From NCBI GenBank assembly GCA_043810165.1, contig JBDROJ010000042.1, positions 1-58,235 of the forward strand: a stretch of DNA of 58,235 bases, read 5' to 3'. The stretch is from a bacterium. GTDB taxonomy: Bacteria; Patescibacteriota; Patescibacteriia; Magasanikbacterales; GWA2-37-8. Position 1 is the first letter of the stretch. Every line of letters begins with the position of its first letter. The translations under genes were made by a program, and so were the position numbers. Below are positions 8,199 through 17,974 of the stretch, piece after piece. The notes beneath the pieces were generated by a model that ran no database searches, had not been told where the DNA came from, and was given only the letters and a program-made list of their open reading frames with translations.

Positions 8199-9827
8199 AT
8201 GGGGGAGACTTTTACATATTTTAGCATCTCTGGATTGATAAATGCTCTTACTTCTTTAGGCTTTGCAGTATTTTTGATGTTCACAAGTTTTAGAAATCGC
8301 ACAGCTCGTTATTTGATATATATGTGTGTGGCTTTAGGATCTTGGAGTGTGTGTTATTTTTTTTGGCAGATTGCAGTTGATGCTGAAACGGCTTTGTTTT
8401 GGGCAAGAGGATTGATGTTCGGTGCAATTTTTACTTCTATCTCTTTTTTTCACTTGGTTTTGGTCTTTTTAAAATTGGATGATCAAAGATTTTATAAAAT
8501 AGTTTTGATCATCTTTTATATCTTTACATTTGCCTGGGTAGGTTTGAATTTCACACCTTATTTTGTTGCAGGAGTAGAGCATCGCTCTATTTTTATACAC
8601 TGGCCGGTTCCAGGACCTTTTTATCTGCCTTTTTTAACTGCTTTTGGGGTGCATGTCATATATGCGGTAATTTTACTATATAAGAAATATAAGAAAAGTA
8701 CCGGTATAATAAGGAGACAGACATTGATGCTGATGCTAGGTATAACAGCCACTTTTATTGGTGGCTCAACCAATTATTTTTTATGGTATAATATTCCAGT
8801 TGATCCTTGGGGCAACGGAATAGCATCCTTCCATGTCATAATGTGCACATATGCTATTATGAGATATGGCTTATTGAACATGAAAGTAGTTGTTGCAGAA
8901 ATCTTTACGGCCATGCTCATTATTGTACTTACCATGAATGCATTTTTGTCCAAGACTAGTTCAGCTTTGACTTTTAGCTTATTTATCTTAGGCATAAGTG
9001 CGGGCTTGGGAATGGTGCTTATTCGTTCAGTACGTAAAGAGGTTAAACGTCGCGAAGAATTATCTCGGTTGACCAAATCTCTGGAAAAAGCCAATATTCG
9101 TCTGAAGGAACTAGATAAGCAGAAAACTGAATTTCTTTCAATTGCCTCACATCAATTACGTACTCCATTATCAATATTAAATGGATATATAGAGTTAATC
9201 AAAGACGGCAGTTATGGCAAGCCTACTAGGGCCATAGTCCAAGTGCTGAAAAATATGGATGAAAGCAATGGACATTTGGTAAAACTAGTAGAGGATTTTT
9301 TAAATGTATCACGCATAGAACAGGGAAGAACAAAATTTGAATATGAGAACATCGACATGATTAGTTTGATAGATGGAGTGGTAGGTGAATTAAAACAACG
9401 CGGTAAAGACAAGGGGCTGAAAGTATCTTGGAAAAAAGTTGGGAAAGGCATTAAATTAATTTATGGCGATGCAGAAAAAATTAGACATGTTTTATTTAAT
9501 TTTATTGATAATGCCATAAAATATTCAGATAAAGGCATGATCCAAACGGATATCAGAAAGGAAAGAAACGGTTTGGCTGTGAGAGTAATTGACAACGGCT
9601 TGGGCTTCAATAAAACTGATGAAATGAATTTTTTCCAAAAGTTTTATCGTGGTGAAAATGTAAAAGGAGTCAATGTGAATGGAACTGGTTTAGGATTATT
9701 TGTTTGTAAGATGTTTATAGAAGCTCACAGAGGACGTATATGGGCGCATAGTGAAGGCAAAGGCAAGGGAAGTGAATTTGGATTTTGGATACCATATAAC
9801 GGTAATGAAAAAAATGGCAAAAAGTAG
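8199..9827 (+). CDS. Multi-TM sensor histidine kinase (HisKA_7TM-like + HisKA + HATPase)
   Basis: Many N-terminal TM helices; H-box SHQLRTPL, N-box NFIDNAIKY, DNGLG, GTGLGL, GKGSEF. Confidence 0.93.
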   Translation: MGETFTYFSISGLINALTSLGFAVFLMFTSFRNRTARYLIYMCVALGSWSVCYFFWQIAVDAETALFWARGLMFGAIFTSISFFHLVLVFLKLDDQRFYKIVLIIFYIFTFAWVGLNFTPYFVAGVEHRSIFIHWPVPGPFYLPFLTAFGVHVIYAVILLYKKYKKSTGIIRRQTLMLMLGITATFIGGSTNYFLWYNIPVDPWGNGIASFHVIMCTYAIMRYGLLNMKVVVAEIFTAMLIIVLTMNAFLSKTSSALTFSLFILGISAGLGMVLIRSVRKEVKRREELSRLTKSLEKANIRLKELDKQKTEFLSIASHQLRTPLSILNGYIELIKDGSYGKPTRAIVQVLKNMDESNGHLVKLVEDFLNVSRIEQGRTKFEYENIDMISLIDGVVGELKQRGKDKGLKVSWKKVGKGIKLIYGDAEKIRHVLFNFIDNAIKYSDKGMIQTDIRKERNGLAVRVIDNGLGFNKTDEMNFFQKFYRGENVKGVNVNGTGLGLFVCKMFIEAHRGRIWAHSEGKGKGSEFGFWIPYNGNEKNGKK

Positions 9828-9902
9828 CTGTAAATTTATACCCTTGGTTTTTTTAAATATATGATGTAGTATATATATTATTCTTAATTATTTATAGACA
9901 AT

Positions 9903-10376
9903 ATGATTTTTCAAAAAATTTCATCCCAGAATTCAAACAGCGCTGATTTAGAAGTTGAAGAGGCTCAATTTCCTTCAGATGATGTAGAGACAGTAGTAGG
10001 TCCTTCAGTAAATGTAGAAGGAGATTTAAGCTCGTCCGGCAATATAATTGTAAAAGGAACTGTTACCGGAAATGTAAATACTACTAAGCATCTTACAGTT
10101 GAAAAAGGAGCTCGCATAGTTGCCAATGTCAAGGCAGGTAGTGCCACTGTTTCTGGAGAAATAAAAGGCAATATTAAAATAAAAGAAAGCTTGGATTTAA
10201 CAGCTACCTCTAAGATTTTAGGCGATATTACAGTTAAAACTTTAACGGTTGAACCAGGGGCCGCTATTTATGGCAAGGTAATTATGCCCGGAGTGGATAT
10301 GGCCGATAGAAAAGGTTTGCGTGTTATTAAGAAGAAAAAAGGCGGTCTTGGCATTAGTGACTTGAAGAATGATTAA
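9903..10376 (+). CDS. Bactofilin / polymer-forming cytoskeletal protein (CcmA family)
   Basis: Beta-helix pattern TVVGPSVNVEGDL...IVKGTVTGNV...GDITVKTLTVEPGA. Confidence 0.9.
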   Translation: MIFQKISSQNSNSADLEVEEAQFPSDDVETVVGPSVNVEGDLSSSGNIIVKGTVTGNVNTTKHLTVEKGARIVANVKAGSATVSGEIKGNIKIKESLDLTATSKILGDITVKTLTVEPGAAIYGKVIMPGVDMADRKGLRVIKKKKGGLGISDLKND

Positions 10377-10415
10377 GTCGTGGCTAGGGAATTTGTATTG
10401 GAATTTTTCTACATT

Positions 10416-11180
10416 ATGTATGTATACTTGTATGACAATTTTTTACGAAAAAATAAATTTGCTTCAATCACCAGAGCCCTGGAGGTTAAATTAACCGATT
10501 ACGGTATAGCCGGAAAAATACTTCGTCTTAATAACTATATAGATGTAAAGCCAGTAATAGAAGATGAAATAAAAAAGGGCGCTACAACAATTGTTGTAGT
10601 GGGCAATGATTCAACTTTCGGCCAAGTGCTCTCTAGGAGCGCCACTTGCGATTGCTTATTCGGATTTTTGCCAGTTGGCCAGCAGAACACGATTGCCAAA
10701 GTTTTAGGGATACCGGTTGGAGAGAAAGCTTGTGAAGTATTATCACGGCGTCGTAAAGAGAGATTGGATGTCGGCTGGATGAATAATAGATATTTTGTTT
10801 CGCAATTATGTGTTAAACCGGCTAAAGTTAGCGTCATTTATGATGAAGTATTTAAGGTAAGTGCAATTGATAGGATGGAGGTAGTTGTTTGTAATTTACA
10901 GCCTTTTTATTGGAGCATGTCCAAAAAAGATAAAGTACAGAGAGTGGTACACCCGCAGGATGGAAAATTGGAAGCTTTTTTAAGGCCTTTGAAAAAAAAG
11001 AAATGGTGGGGCTATGAATATGAGGATCCAAGTATTTTTCCTTTTGAGGAAATGGAGATTGTCAGTCAAGAGCCATTTACTGTCGAGGCTGATGGCAAGA
11101 TTTCTAAGGAGCTGAAGTTAAAAATAAAATTAGCTAGAAGCAAAGTAGAAATGGTGGTTGGAAGAGACAGAAAGTTTTAG
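10416..11180 (+). CDS. Diacylglycerol kinase catalytic-domain-like protein
   Basis: IVVVGNDST (GGDGT variant), GFLPVGQQNTIAKVLGIP, LDVG, PQDGKLE, ADG; ATG 10416 preferred over GTG 10380. Confidence 0.7.
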   Translation: MYVYLYDNFLRKNKFASITRALEVKLTDYGIAGKILRLNNYIDVKPVIEDEIKKGATTIVVVGNDSTFGQVLSRSATCDCLFGFLPVGQQNTIAKVLGIPVGEKACEVLSRRRKERLDVGWMNNRYFVSQLCVKPAKVSVIYDEVFKVSAIDRMEVVVCNLQPFYWSMSKKDKVQRVVHPQDGKLEAFLRPLKKKKWWGYEYEDPSIFPFEEMEIVSQEPFTVEADGKISKELKLKIKLARSKVEMVVGRDRKF

Positions 11181-11323
11181 GCCATATCCGCTTTCGCCGG
11201 CAAAATAATGTCAGAGTGCCTGCTCGCCCGCCTTGCGAGGCAGAGCCGAGCAATTGGGCGAGGTGAAATTGGCCTTACAGAATTTGGCCTGCTCATTTGT
11301 TGGATTAATATATATGTTGCCAA

Positions 11324-11406
11324 GTCGGAGTGGTGAAATTGGTATACACGCTACCTTGAGGTGGTAGTCCCCACTGGGGTTGGAGGTTCGAGTCCTCTCT
11401 CCGGCA
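11324..11406 (+). tRNA. tRNA-Leu(GAG), CCA not encoded
   Basis: Acceptor GTCGGAG/CTCCGGC+A, D-loop AATTGGTA, anticodon arm CTACC-TTGAGGT-GGTAG, long variable arm CCCCACTGGGG, T-arm GGAGGTTCGAGTCCTCT. Confidence 0.95.
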
Positions 11407-11459
11407 CGGTTTCGCCAAAAATCTGTCTGGCGAAGCAATATTCAGTTAACTTATGATTT

Positions 11460-11702
11460 ATGCATTATGTATTTGGTTTGATATTGGTAGGTTTGGGCGT
11501 GGTTTTGATAATAAAAACCAATTGGTTTATTGAAAATTTTGGCGCTAATGCATGGGCAGAAGCAAAATTAGGCACTAGCGGTGGAACACGTCTAATGTAT
11601 AAATTAGTGGGTTTGGTTTCAGTTTTTCTTGGTTTTTTAGCAATTACTAATATGATCAGCGGATTTTTAAATGCAACAGTAGTAAAATTATTTGTTCGTT
11701 AA
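11460..11702 (+). CDS. Small hypothetical membrane protein
   Basis: 80 aa, two hydrophobic helices around WAEAKLGTSGGTRLMYKLVG. Confidence 0.75.
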   Translation: MHYVFGLILVGLGVVLIIKTNWFIENFGANAWAEAKLGTSGGTRLMYKLVGLVSVFLGFLAITNMISGFLNATVVKLFVR

Positions 11703-11715
11703 TATTTTAATTATT

Positions 11716-12264
11716 ATGGCTCACAGCGGAATAGCTTTATTAAATCCTCATCTAGTGTTTGAGAAAATAGACTTAAGGCCAGGTATGCGCGTGGCTGATT
11801 TGGGTTGCGGTCGTACTGGGCATTTTGTTTTCCCGGCCGCCAGCATGGTTGGTGAAGAAGGAATTGTATATGCCGTGGACATCGTCAAAAATATACTGGA
11901 AAGTATAAAGAGCACTGCATCCAGCCAAGGATATGACAACATCCAAACAACTTGGTCCAATATTGAAATGCCTGGCAAAGTTCCCATACCAGAGAACAGC
12001 TTGGATTCTTGTTTTTTTGTAAATGTTTTATCCCAAATTAAAGAAAGACAGATAGCTATTAAAGAAGCCACCCGTCTATTGAAAGAAAGCGGGTTTTTAG
12101 TTATTATTGATTGGGGCAAGAAGCTAGGCCTGCTAGGCCCAGAATTGGGACAAGAAGTAAATCCGTCTGATTTCATTAATATGGCTAAACAAGCCGGATT
12201 GGATTTGGTTGAACAGGGAGACATGAATGAATATCTCTACCTCTTGATCTTTAAGAAGATATAA
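11716..12264 (+). CDS. Class I SAM-dependent methyltransferase
   Basis: VADLGCGRTG, VYAVDI, RLLKESGFLVIIDW; ATG 11716 preferred. Confidence 0.88.
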   Translation: MAHSGIALLNPHLVFEKIDLRPGMRVADLGCGRTGHFVFPAASMVGEEGIVYAVDIVKNILESIKSTASSQGYDNIQTTWSNIEMPGKVPIPENSLDSCFFVNVLSQIKERQIAIKEATRLLKESGFLVIIDWGKKLGLLGPELGQEVNPSDFINMAKQAGLDLVEQGDMNEYLYLLIFKKI

Positions 12265-12303
12265 GTTAGAATGGTTTTTATGAGAGAAGTGTAATATAAA
12301 ATT

Positions 12304-12702
12304 ATGGCTTTTAAAAACTTATTTTATATCAATTATTGGTTTGCACAGCCATTTTCAGTTCATGGTTTGACTTTCTGGTTGTTTATTTGTATTTTTTTAT
12401 TTTTAATCGCAGTTGGTCTTGTATTAAGGATTTGGGCTCAATATGTTCAGGATCGATCAATAAAGTTGATATTTAGGCGTTTTGCCAGTTTTGGAATGAC
12501 AATGGGTTTATTCGGCATAATCTGGACATTTTTTAGGCAAGAAAGGGTCATATTTTTAGCCTGGCGATTTTGGATGTTGGTTTGGCTGTTAGTATCTGTT
12601 TGGTGGATGATTGATATTTTAAAATATGTTTTGAAACGTTTGCCTGTTATTAAAAAGGAGAAGCAAGAAAAAGAACAAATGGGCAAATACTTACCAAATT
12701 AG
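12304..12702 (+). CDS. Hypothetical membrane protein
   Basis: Three TM segments and a basic C-terminus ending KYLPN. Confidence 0.75.
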   Translation: MAFKNLFYINYWFAQPFSVHGLTFWLFICIFLFLIAVGLVLRIWAQYVQDRSIKLIFRRFASFGMTMGLFGIIWTFFRQERVIFLAWRFWMLVWLLVSVWWMIDILKYVLKRLPVIKKEKQEKEQMGKYLPN

Positions 12703-12707
12703 TCAAC

Positions 12708-13064
12708 ATGTCAAGGAGGGGGAAAAAAATAGGGAAATGGGGAGAACAGCAAGCCTGTTATTTTTTGTGCAGGCATGGTTTTAAAGTAGTGGATAGAAAT
12801 TATCATACCACGGTTGGGGAAATTGACATCATCGCCATAAAAGGCGGTGATTATTATTTTGTGGAGGTGAAAACTCGACAAAAGGGAAGACTGGATGATA
12901 ATACAGCTATAACATGGCACAAACAAAAGAAACTACAAAAGACAGTTTTGCATTACTGTTATCATAAAAATATTCGCGATAGTGCTCTGATATTGGCTGG
13001 TCTTATGGTGGTTGTGGATAAGGTTAAGAAAAAGCTTAATTTTAGCCTTTTTATTCTGTTTTGA
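12708..13064 (+). CDS. yraN: YraN/UPF0102 family putative endonuclease
   Basis: GKWGEQQA...RNY...GEIDIIA...FVEVKTR. Confidence 0.88.
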   Translation: MSRRGKKIGKWGEQQACYFLCRHGFKVVDRNYHTTVGEIDIIAIKGGDYYFVEVKTRQKGRLDDNTAITWHKQKKLQKTVLHYCYHKNIRDSALILAGLMVVVDKVKKKLNFSLFILF

Positions 13065-13100
13065 TTCGGTGGTTAGGCAAAGCTTTGAACTTTATCTGGG

Positions 13101-13129
13101 TTGACCTTTTTATATTTTTAGGCTATACT
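13101..13129 (+). promoter_or_regulatory. Sigma70-type promoter of ndk
   Basis: TTGACC-17 nt-TATACT. Confidence 0.6.
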
Positions 13130-13160
13130 AGTGGCAAAATTAGTTTTAATTTTAATATTT

Positions 13161-13610
13161 ATGGAAAGAACATTAATTATCATTAAACCAGATGCCTTGA
13201 ACAGGAATTTGGTTGGGGAAATTATATCTAGATTTGAAAAAAAAGGCTTGGCCATAGCTGGAATGAAAATGATACAGCTTGATGATTTAAAGTTAGGTGA
13301 ACATTATGCCCATCACAAGGATAAGCCATTTTTCAGTGATCTGAAAAATTATATGAAATTATCACCTGTTGTGTTGATGGTTTTAGAAGGTCCTGAAGTG
13401 ATTCAAGCTGTGCGTTTGATAGTTGGTTCAACCAAGGGCGTTGAAGCTGATGCTGGTACCATTCGCGGTGATTTGGCCATGACTAATCGTAATCTCGTGC
13501 ATGCTTCTGATTCATTGGAAACTGCCAAGAGTGAAATAGATAGATTTTTTACCAAAGATGAGTTGTTCAACTATAAAAAGATTGATTGGGAAATGGTCTT
13601 TGAAGACTAG
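13161..13610 (+). CDS. ndk: Nucleoside diphosphate kinase
   Basis: MERTLIIIKPDA, HYAHHKDKPFF, GTIRGD, NLVHASDS. Confidence 0.97.
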   Translation: MERTLIIIKPDALNRNLVGEIISRFEKKGLAIAGMKMIQLDDLKLGEHYAHHKDKPFFSDLKNYMKLSPVVLMVLEGPEVIQAVRLIVGSTKGVEADAGTIRGDLAMTNRNLVHASDSLETAKSEIDRFFTKDELFNYKKIDWEMVFED

Positions 13611-13622
13611 ACGAAAAAAATT

Positions 13623-13657
13623 AAAACCCCTTTGATGTAATATCGAAGGGGTTTTTT
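13623..13657 (+). terminator. Intrinsic terminator after ndk
   Basis: AAAACCCCTTTGAT-gtaat-ATCGAAGGGGTTTTTT. Confidence 0.8.
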
Positions 13658-13706
13658 AATTGTTAAGATATGGTATAATTACCATGATTAAAATAAAATA
13701 AAATAT

Positions 13707-14711
13707 ATGCCAAACAAGATTAAAGTAGCTGTTTTGGGTGCTGGCAACATGGGAACGGCCATGGCCCAGGTAATCGCTAAGAACGGTTTTCAAGTAAGCT
13801 TATGGAATCATGCCGGCGATCTCAAGCCTTTGGAACAGATTAAAAAATATGGAGAAAATAAGAAATATCTACCCAAAGTGAAATTATCGGGCCGAATTCG
13901 GCCGGAGCCGGATATGGCCATGGCTTTGGACCGAGTAGAAATAGTTTTTTTTGTTGTCCCTAGTTCTTTTATGGAATCGGTGGTCAAGCAGGCCAAAGAA
14001 TTTTTATCTGCCAAAACAATTTGTGTTGATGTTTCCAAAGGCATTGATGAAAAATCATTGGGAATTATTCCAGATATCATCAAAAAGAATTTATCACTTA
14101 ATATGCGTGGATTGGTGGCCACGGTTTCAGGACCGGCCATTGCCAATGATATGGCTAGAGCAGGATTCACAGCCATGAATGTGGCTTCCAAAAGCAAGGT
14201 CTCCATCAAGGTGATTAAGCAGGTACTGGAAAATGATCAGCTTAAATTATTAGCGACTGATGATATAGTTGGTATTGAAGTAACAGGTTCTTTTAAAAAT
14301 GTTTATGCAATTGCCATGGGTCTATGCGATGGTTTTGGTTTACCCATGAATACAAAAGCCGCCTTATTAGTGTTCGCTTTGCAAGAAATTGGTTTATTAG
14401 TTAAAAAAATGGGCGGTCAAGCTGGTACTGTTTATGATCTTGCCGGATTGGGCGATTTAATTGGCACGGGTTTGTGTGTGCAGAGCAGGAATCGCAGTTT
14501 TGGCGAATATATGGCCAAAGGTTATGGTGTTGACAAAGCTTTAAGCAAAGTGGGGCAGGTTGTAGAGGGGGTACAGGCCGCCAAAGTATTACATGCTTTG
14601 GGTTTGAAATACAAACTTAAAACGCCTTTTGCTGAAATGATTTACACGGTTTCAAGTGGTCAGGTCAAGCCAAGGCAGGCTTTGAATAATTATTTGAAAT
14701 CAATCAAATAA
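13707..14711 (+). CDS. gpsA: NAD(P)H-dependent glycerol-3-phosphate dehydrogenase
   Basis: GAGNMGTA, SKG, SGP, KNVYAIA, GLGDL, SRNR; TGgTATAAT at 13671-13679 upstream. Confidence 0.93.
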   Translation: MPNKIKVAVLGAGNMGTAMAQVIAKNGFQVSLWNHAGDLKPLEQIKKYGENKKYLPKVKLSGRIRPEPDMAMALDRVEIVFFVVPSSFMESVVKQAKEFLSAKTICVDVSKGIDEKSLGIIPDIIKKNLSLNMRGLVATVSGPAIANDMARAGFTAMNVASKSKVSIKVIKQVLENDQLKLLATDDIVGIEVTGSFKNVYAIAMGLCDGFGLPMNTKAALLVFALQEIGLLVKKMGGQAGTVYDLAGLGDLIGTGLCVQSRNRSFGEYMAKGYGVDKALSKVGQVVEGVQAAKVLHALGLKYKLKTPFAEMIYTVSSGQVKPRQALNNYLKSIK

Positions 14712-14757
14712 TGAATTCATATTGTATTATTTGAATTATTTTTATGGATATTGATTT

Positions 14758-16491
14758 ATGGTTCTCAAACAGGGCAAAGATATTAGGATTAGCATAGTGG
14801 CTATTTTTTTATGGTTGATAGTTTTGGTGATAATAACACGACTGTTTGTGTTACAGATTTTAGAACATCAATATTATACGGCCTTGGCAGTTGATACCCA
14901 TGAAATTTATCAACAGCTTTATCCTGAGCGCGGGAATATATATATACAAGACAGTAGGCCCGGTTTTAAGCAAGAATATCCAGTAGCTATTCAGAGGCCG
15001 TATTATCTGGTTTACGCAGTACCGCGTGATATTCCAGTAGATAAGAAAAAGGCGGTTGTTGATTCATTGTCAGAAATATTTAATTTTTCAGATGAAAAAA
15101 AAGAACAAATGCTTAAAGATATTTCTAAGAAGGACGATCCATATGAACCTATTGAAAATAAAGCATCTGAAGAAGCTGTCAAGAAGTTAGAATTAGCTAA
15201 GTTACCAGGAATTAAATTTATTAGTAAAAATCATCGTTATTATCCGGAAAATAATTTAATGTCTAATTTGGTTGGTTTTTTAGGCTCGGATGTAGATGGT
15301 CAATTAGTCGGTCGTTATGGGATTGAAGGTGCATGGGACCAAGATCTGTCCGGCAAGAGCGGTTATTTAACTGGCAAGCGTGGTGCGGCCGGTAGTTTGA
15401 TTTCTTTGGCCGGTAAGACATTGTATGAATCCGAGGATGGAGTGGATTTATTATTAACCATTGACCGAGCTTTGCAAAATAAAGCATGTCAAGAGCTTAA
15501 ATTGGGAATGGATACCTATAAAGCCAAAAGCTCGGCATTGGTTTTATTGGAAGCAAAAACAGGAGCAGTTTTGGCCATGTGTAGTTATCCTGGTTTTAAT
15601 CCTAATGAATATTATGATGTTAAAAATATTGATGCATATAACAATACTACAATTTTTACAGCTTATGAACCAGGATCTGTATTTAAGCCAATTACCATGG
15701 CCATGGCTTTGGATCTAAATTTAGTTAATCCAAATACAAGCTTTACAGATCCAGGAGTCAGAGTGATTGATAACTATAGGGTTTACAATGCAGGTAAAAA
15801 GCAGTATGGTACAGTGAACATGACTAATGTATTGGAACAGTCTATAAATACGGGTATGATTTGGGTACAGGAGAAAATAGGAAAAGAACGTTTTAGGAAG
15901 TATGTAGATTTGTTTGGTTTTGGTAAAAAAACAGGTTTAAGGTCTGATACTGAAGTGGCTGGTGATATTTCTTCAATCAGTAAAACCGCGGATATTTACT
16001 ATGCCAACGCCTCTTTTGGACAGGGGTTTACATCCACCCCCCTACAATTGGCGGTTGCTTACACAGTTTTTGCAGGCGATGGCAGGCTGATGAAGCCATA
16101 TATTATTGAAGAAGTTCGTTATCCAAATGGACAGGTGAAAAAAACAGAACCGCAAGTCGTTGATACTGTCATTTCTACCCGGGCGCAGAAATTGATCACT
16201 GGGATGTTGATTTCAGTGGTTGAAAAAGGCCATGGGTATGCCGCGCAGATAGGCAAATACTATATAGCCGGTAAAACAGGTACTGCACAAATAGCATCTG
16301 CAGAAGGAGGATATAGCGAAGCTAGCAATCATACTTTTGTGGGATATTTTCCGGCTGATGATGCCAAGTTCATTATGGTGGTAAAATATGAGGTGCCGCA
16401 GAGGGAATGGGCTGAATCAACAGCTGCACCAACATTTGAAAAAGTAGCTGAATTTGCATTAAAGTATTATGGAATTGAGGGGGAAAGATAA
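14758..16491 (+). CDS. Class B penicillin-binding protein (FtsI/PBP2 family)
   Basis: N-terminal TM, RGNIY, YEPGSVFK (SxxK), SIN (SxN), KTGTAQ. Confidence 0.92.
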   Translation: MVLKQGKDIRISIVAIFLWLIVLVIITRLFVLQILEHQYYTALAVDTHEIYQQLYPERGNIYIQDSRPGFKQEYPVAIQRPYYLVYAVPRDIPVDKKKAVVDSLSEIFNFSDEKKEQMLKDISKKDDPYEPIENKASEEAVKKLELAKLPGIKFISKNHRYYPENNLMSNLVGFLGSDVDGQLVGRYGIEGAWDQDLSGKSGYLTGKRGAAGSLISLAGKTLYESEDGVDLLLTIDRALQNKACQELKLGMDTYKAKSSALVLLEAKTGAVLAMCSYPGFNPNEYYDVKNIDAYNNTTIFTAYEPGSVFKPITMAMALDLNLVNPNTSFTDPGVRVIDNYRVYNAGKKQYGTVNMTNVLEQSINTGMIWVQEKIGKERFRKYVDLFGFGKKTGLRSDTEVAGDISSISKTADIYYANASFGQGFTSTPLQLAVAYTVFAGDGRLMKPYIIEEVRYPNGQVKKTEPQVVDTVISTRAQKLITGMLISVVEKGHGYAAQIGKYYIAGKTGTAQIASAEGGYSEASNHTFVGYFPADDAKFIMVVKYEVPQREWAESTAAPTFEKVAEFALKYYGIEGER

Positions 16492-16513
16492 TTTAATTGT
16501 CAATATTAATTAT

Positions 16514-17806
16514 ATGTTGAAATCTTTTGTCATATATTTGTTAAGAGTTTTTTCTAAGAATATTATTAGAAAATACAAGCCTGATGTGGTTGGCGTAACC
16601 GGCTCGGTTGGTAAAACTTCTTCTAAAGAAGCCATTTCCGCGGTATTGGCTACTAGTTTTGTTGTGCGAAGCAGTACAAAGAATTACAACAATGAATTTG
16701 GTGTGCCTTTAGCTGTGATCGGGGTAGACAAGACCCCTGGTAGCTCGGCTTTGGGATGGTTAAGAGTGATTGCCAAGGCTTTACGATTGTTGTGTGTGCG
16801 AGATAAAAATTATCCGGATATGCTGGTTTTGGAGATGGGTGCAGACAAACCAGGCGATATCCGTTATCTGACTGATATTGCGCCTTGCAAAGTGGGAATT
16901 TTGACTTTTATCTCTCATGCTCACACTGAATTTTTTAAGACTATTAAGAAGATATCTCAAGAAAAAAGAATAATTATTTCTCATCTTGATCGCGATGGTT
17001 TTGCTGTAATGAATTTTGACAATGACATGGTTATGCAGAATATCAAGACAACCAGAGCTGAAGTGTTTACTTATGGATTTAGCCAAGGGGCTGATCTACA
17101 AGCCACCGATTTGAATATTATTTATGACCAGCAAACCGGTTGGCCAACTGGTTTGAATTTCAAAATTATTTACAAGGGCAATATTGTACCTGTGTTTTTG
17201 CCAGGAGCCATATCCAAGCCAATGATTTATGCGGCTTTATCTGGAGTGGCAGTGGGTACTATTTTTGGAATCAATTTGGTGGAAGGAGTACAGGCTTTGA
17301 GGAATTTAAAGCCTTTGGCCGGGCATATGACTTTGCTTGCCGGCATTAAAGATACTTTAGTTGTAGACGATACTTACAATTCTAGTCCAGACCCTTCCAA
17401 ATCAGCTTTAGAAGCTTTGAGCAATATACGAATTTTAGATTCGTCCAGGCGTTTTGCGGTTTTAGCTGATATGTTGCAATTGGGCAAGGAAACCGAGAAT
17501 GCTCATCGCGAGGTCGGTTTTAAGGTGGCCGAAGAAGGTATTGATTATTTAATTACAGTTGGCGAGGCCGCTAAACATACTGCTCAGGCTGCCAAAGAAG
17601 CTGGTTTGGGTGAGGACAGAGTATTTAGCTTTAATGATAGCGTATCAGCTGGTAGATTCTTGCAGGATAAGTTAAAACAAGGGGATGCGGTTTTGGTTAA
17701 GGGTTCACAGAGCATGCGCATGGAAAAGGTGGTTAAGGAAATTATGGCCGAGCCTTTGCGAGCCAAAGAGTTGTTGGTAAGACAGGGTGATGAGTGGGTT
17801 GAATAA
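16514..17806 (+). CDS. murF: UDP-N-acetylmuramoyl-tripeptide--D-Ala-D-Ala ligase
   Basis: GVTGSVGKTS, NNEFGVP, LEMG, DDTYNSSP, LVKGS; ATG 16514 preferred. Confidence 0.9.
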   Translation: MLKSFVIYLLRVFSKNIIRKYKPDVVGVTGSVGKTSSKEAISAVLATSFVVRSSTKNYNNEFGVPLAVIGVDKTPGSSALGWLRVIAKALRLLCVRDKNYPDMLVLEMGADKPGDIRYLTDIAPCKVGILTFISHAHTEFFKTIKKISQEKRIIISHLDRDGFAVMNFDNDMVMQNIKTTRAEVFTYGFSQGADLQATDLNIIYDQQTGWPTGLNFKIIYKGNIVPVFLPGAISKPMIYAALSGVAVGTIFGINLVEGVQALRNLKPLAGHMTLLAGIKDTLVVDDTYNSSPDPSKSALEALSNIRILDSSRRFAVLADMLQLGKETENAHREVGFKVAEEGIDYLITVGEAAKHTAQAAKEAGLGEDRVFSFNDSVSAGRFLQDKLKQGDAVLVKGSQSMRMEKVVKEIMAEPLRAKELLVRQGDEWVE

Positions 17807-17846
17807 TATAGTGATAGGTTTAATGCTAAACTGGCCAATATAAAAT

Positions 17847-17892
17847 TTATCCACAAGCAAAGTTGCCAAGATTTATATAGGCGTGTTAGTAT
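17847..17892 (+). promoter_or_regulatory. DnaA box plus candidate promoter
   Basis: TTATCCACA at 17847-17855, then TTGCCA-18 nt-TAGTAT; a hairpin (17912-17939) and AAGGAGG precede the ATG at 17975. Confidence 0.5.
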
Positions 17893-17974
17893 TTAATTAT
17901 AAGAAGGGGGCAAATAATTCCGCTTCATCGGGATTATTTTTCTCTATAAAATTTAATAAAGGAAGGAGGGAAAT

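Noticed and set aside
11211-11438. Minus-strand 75-aa ORF
   Set aside because: Antisense to tRNA-Leu and its flanking hairpins.
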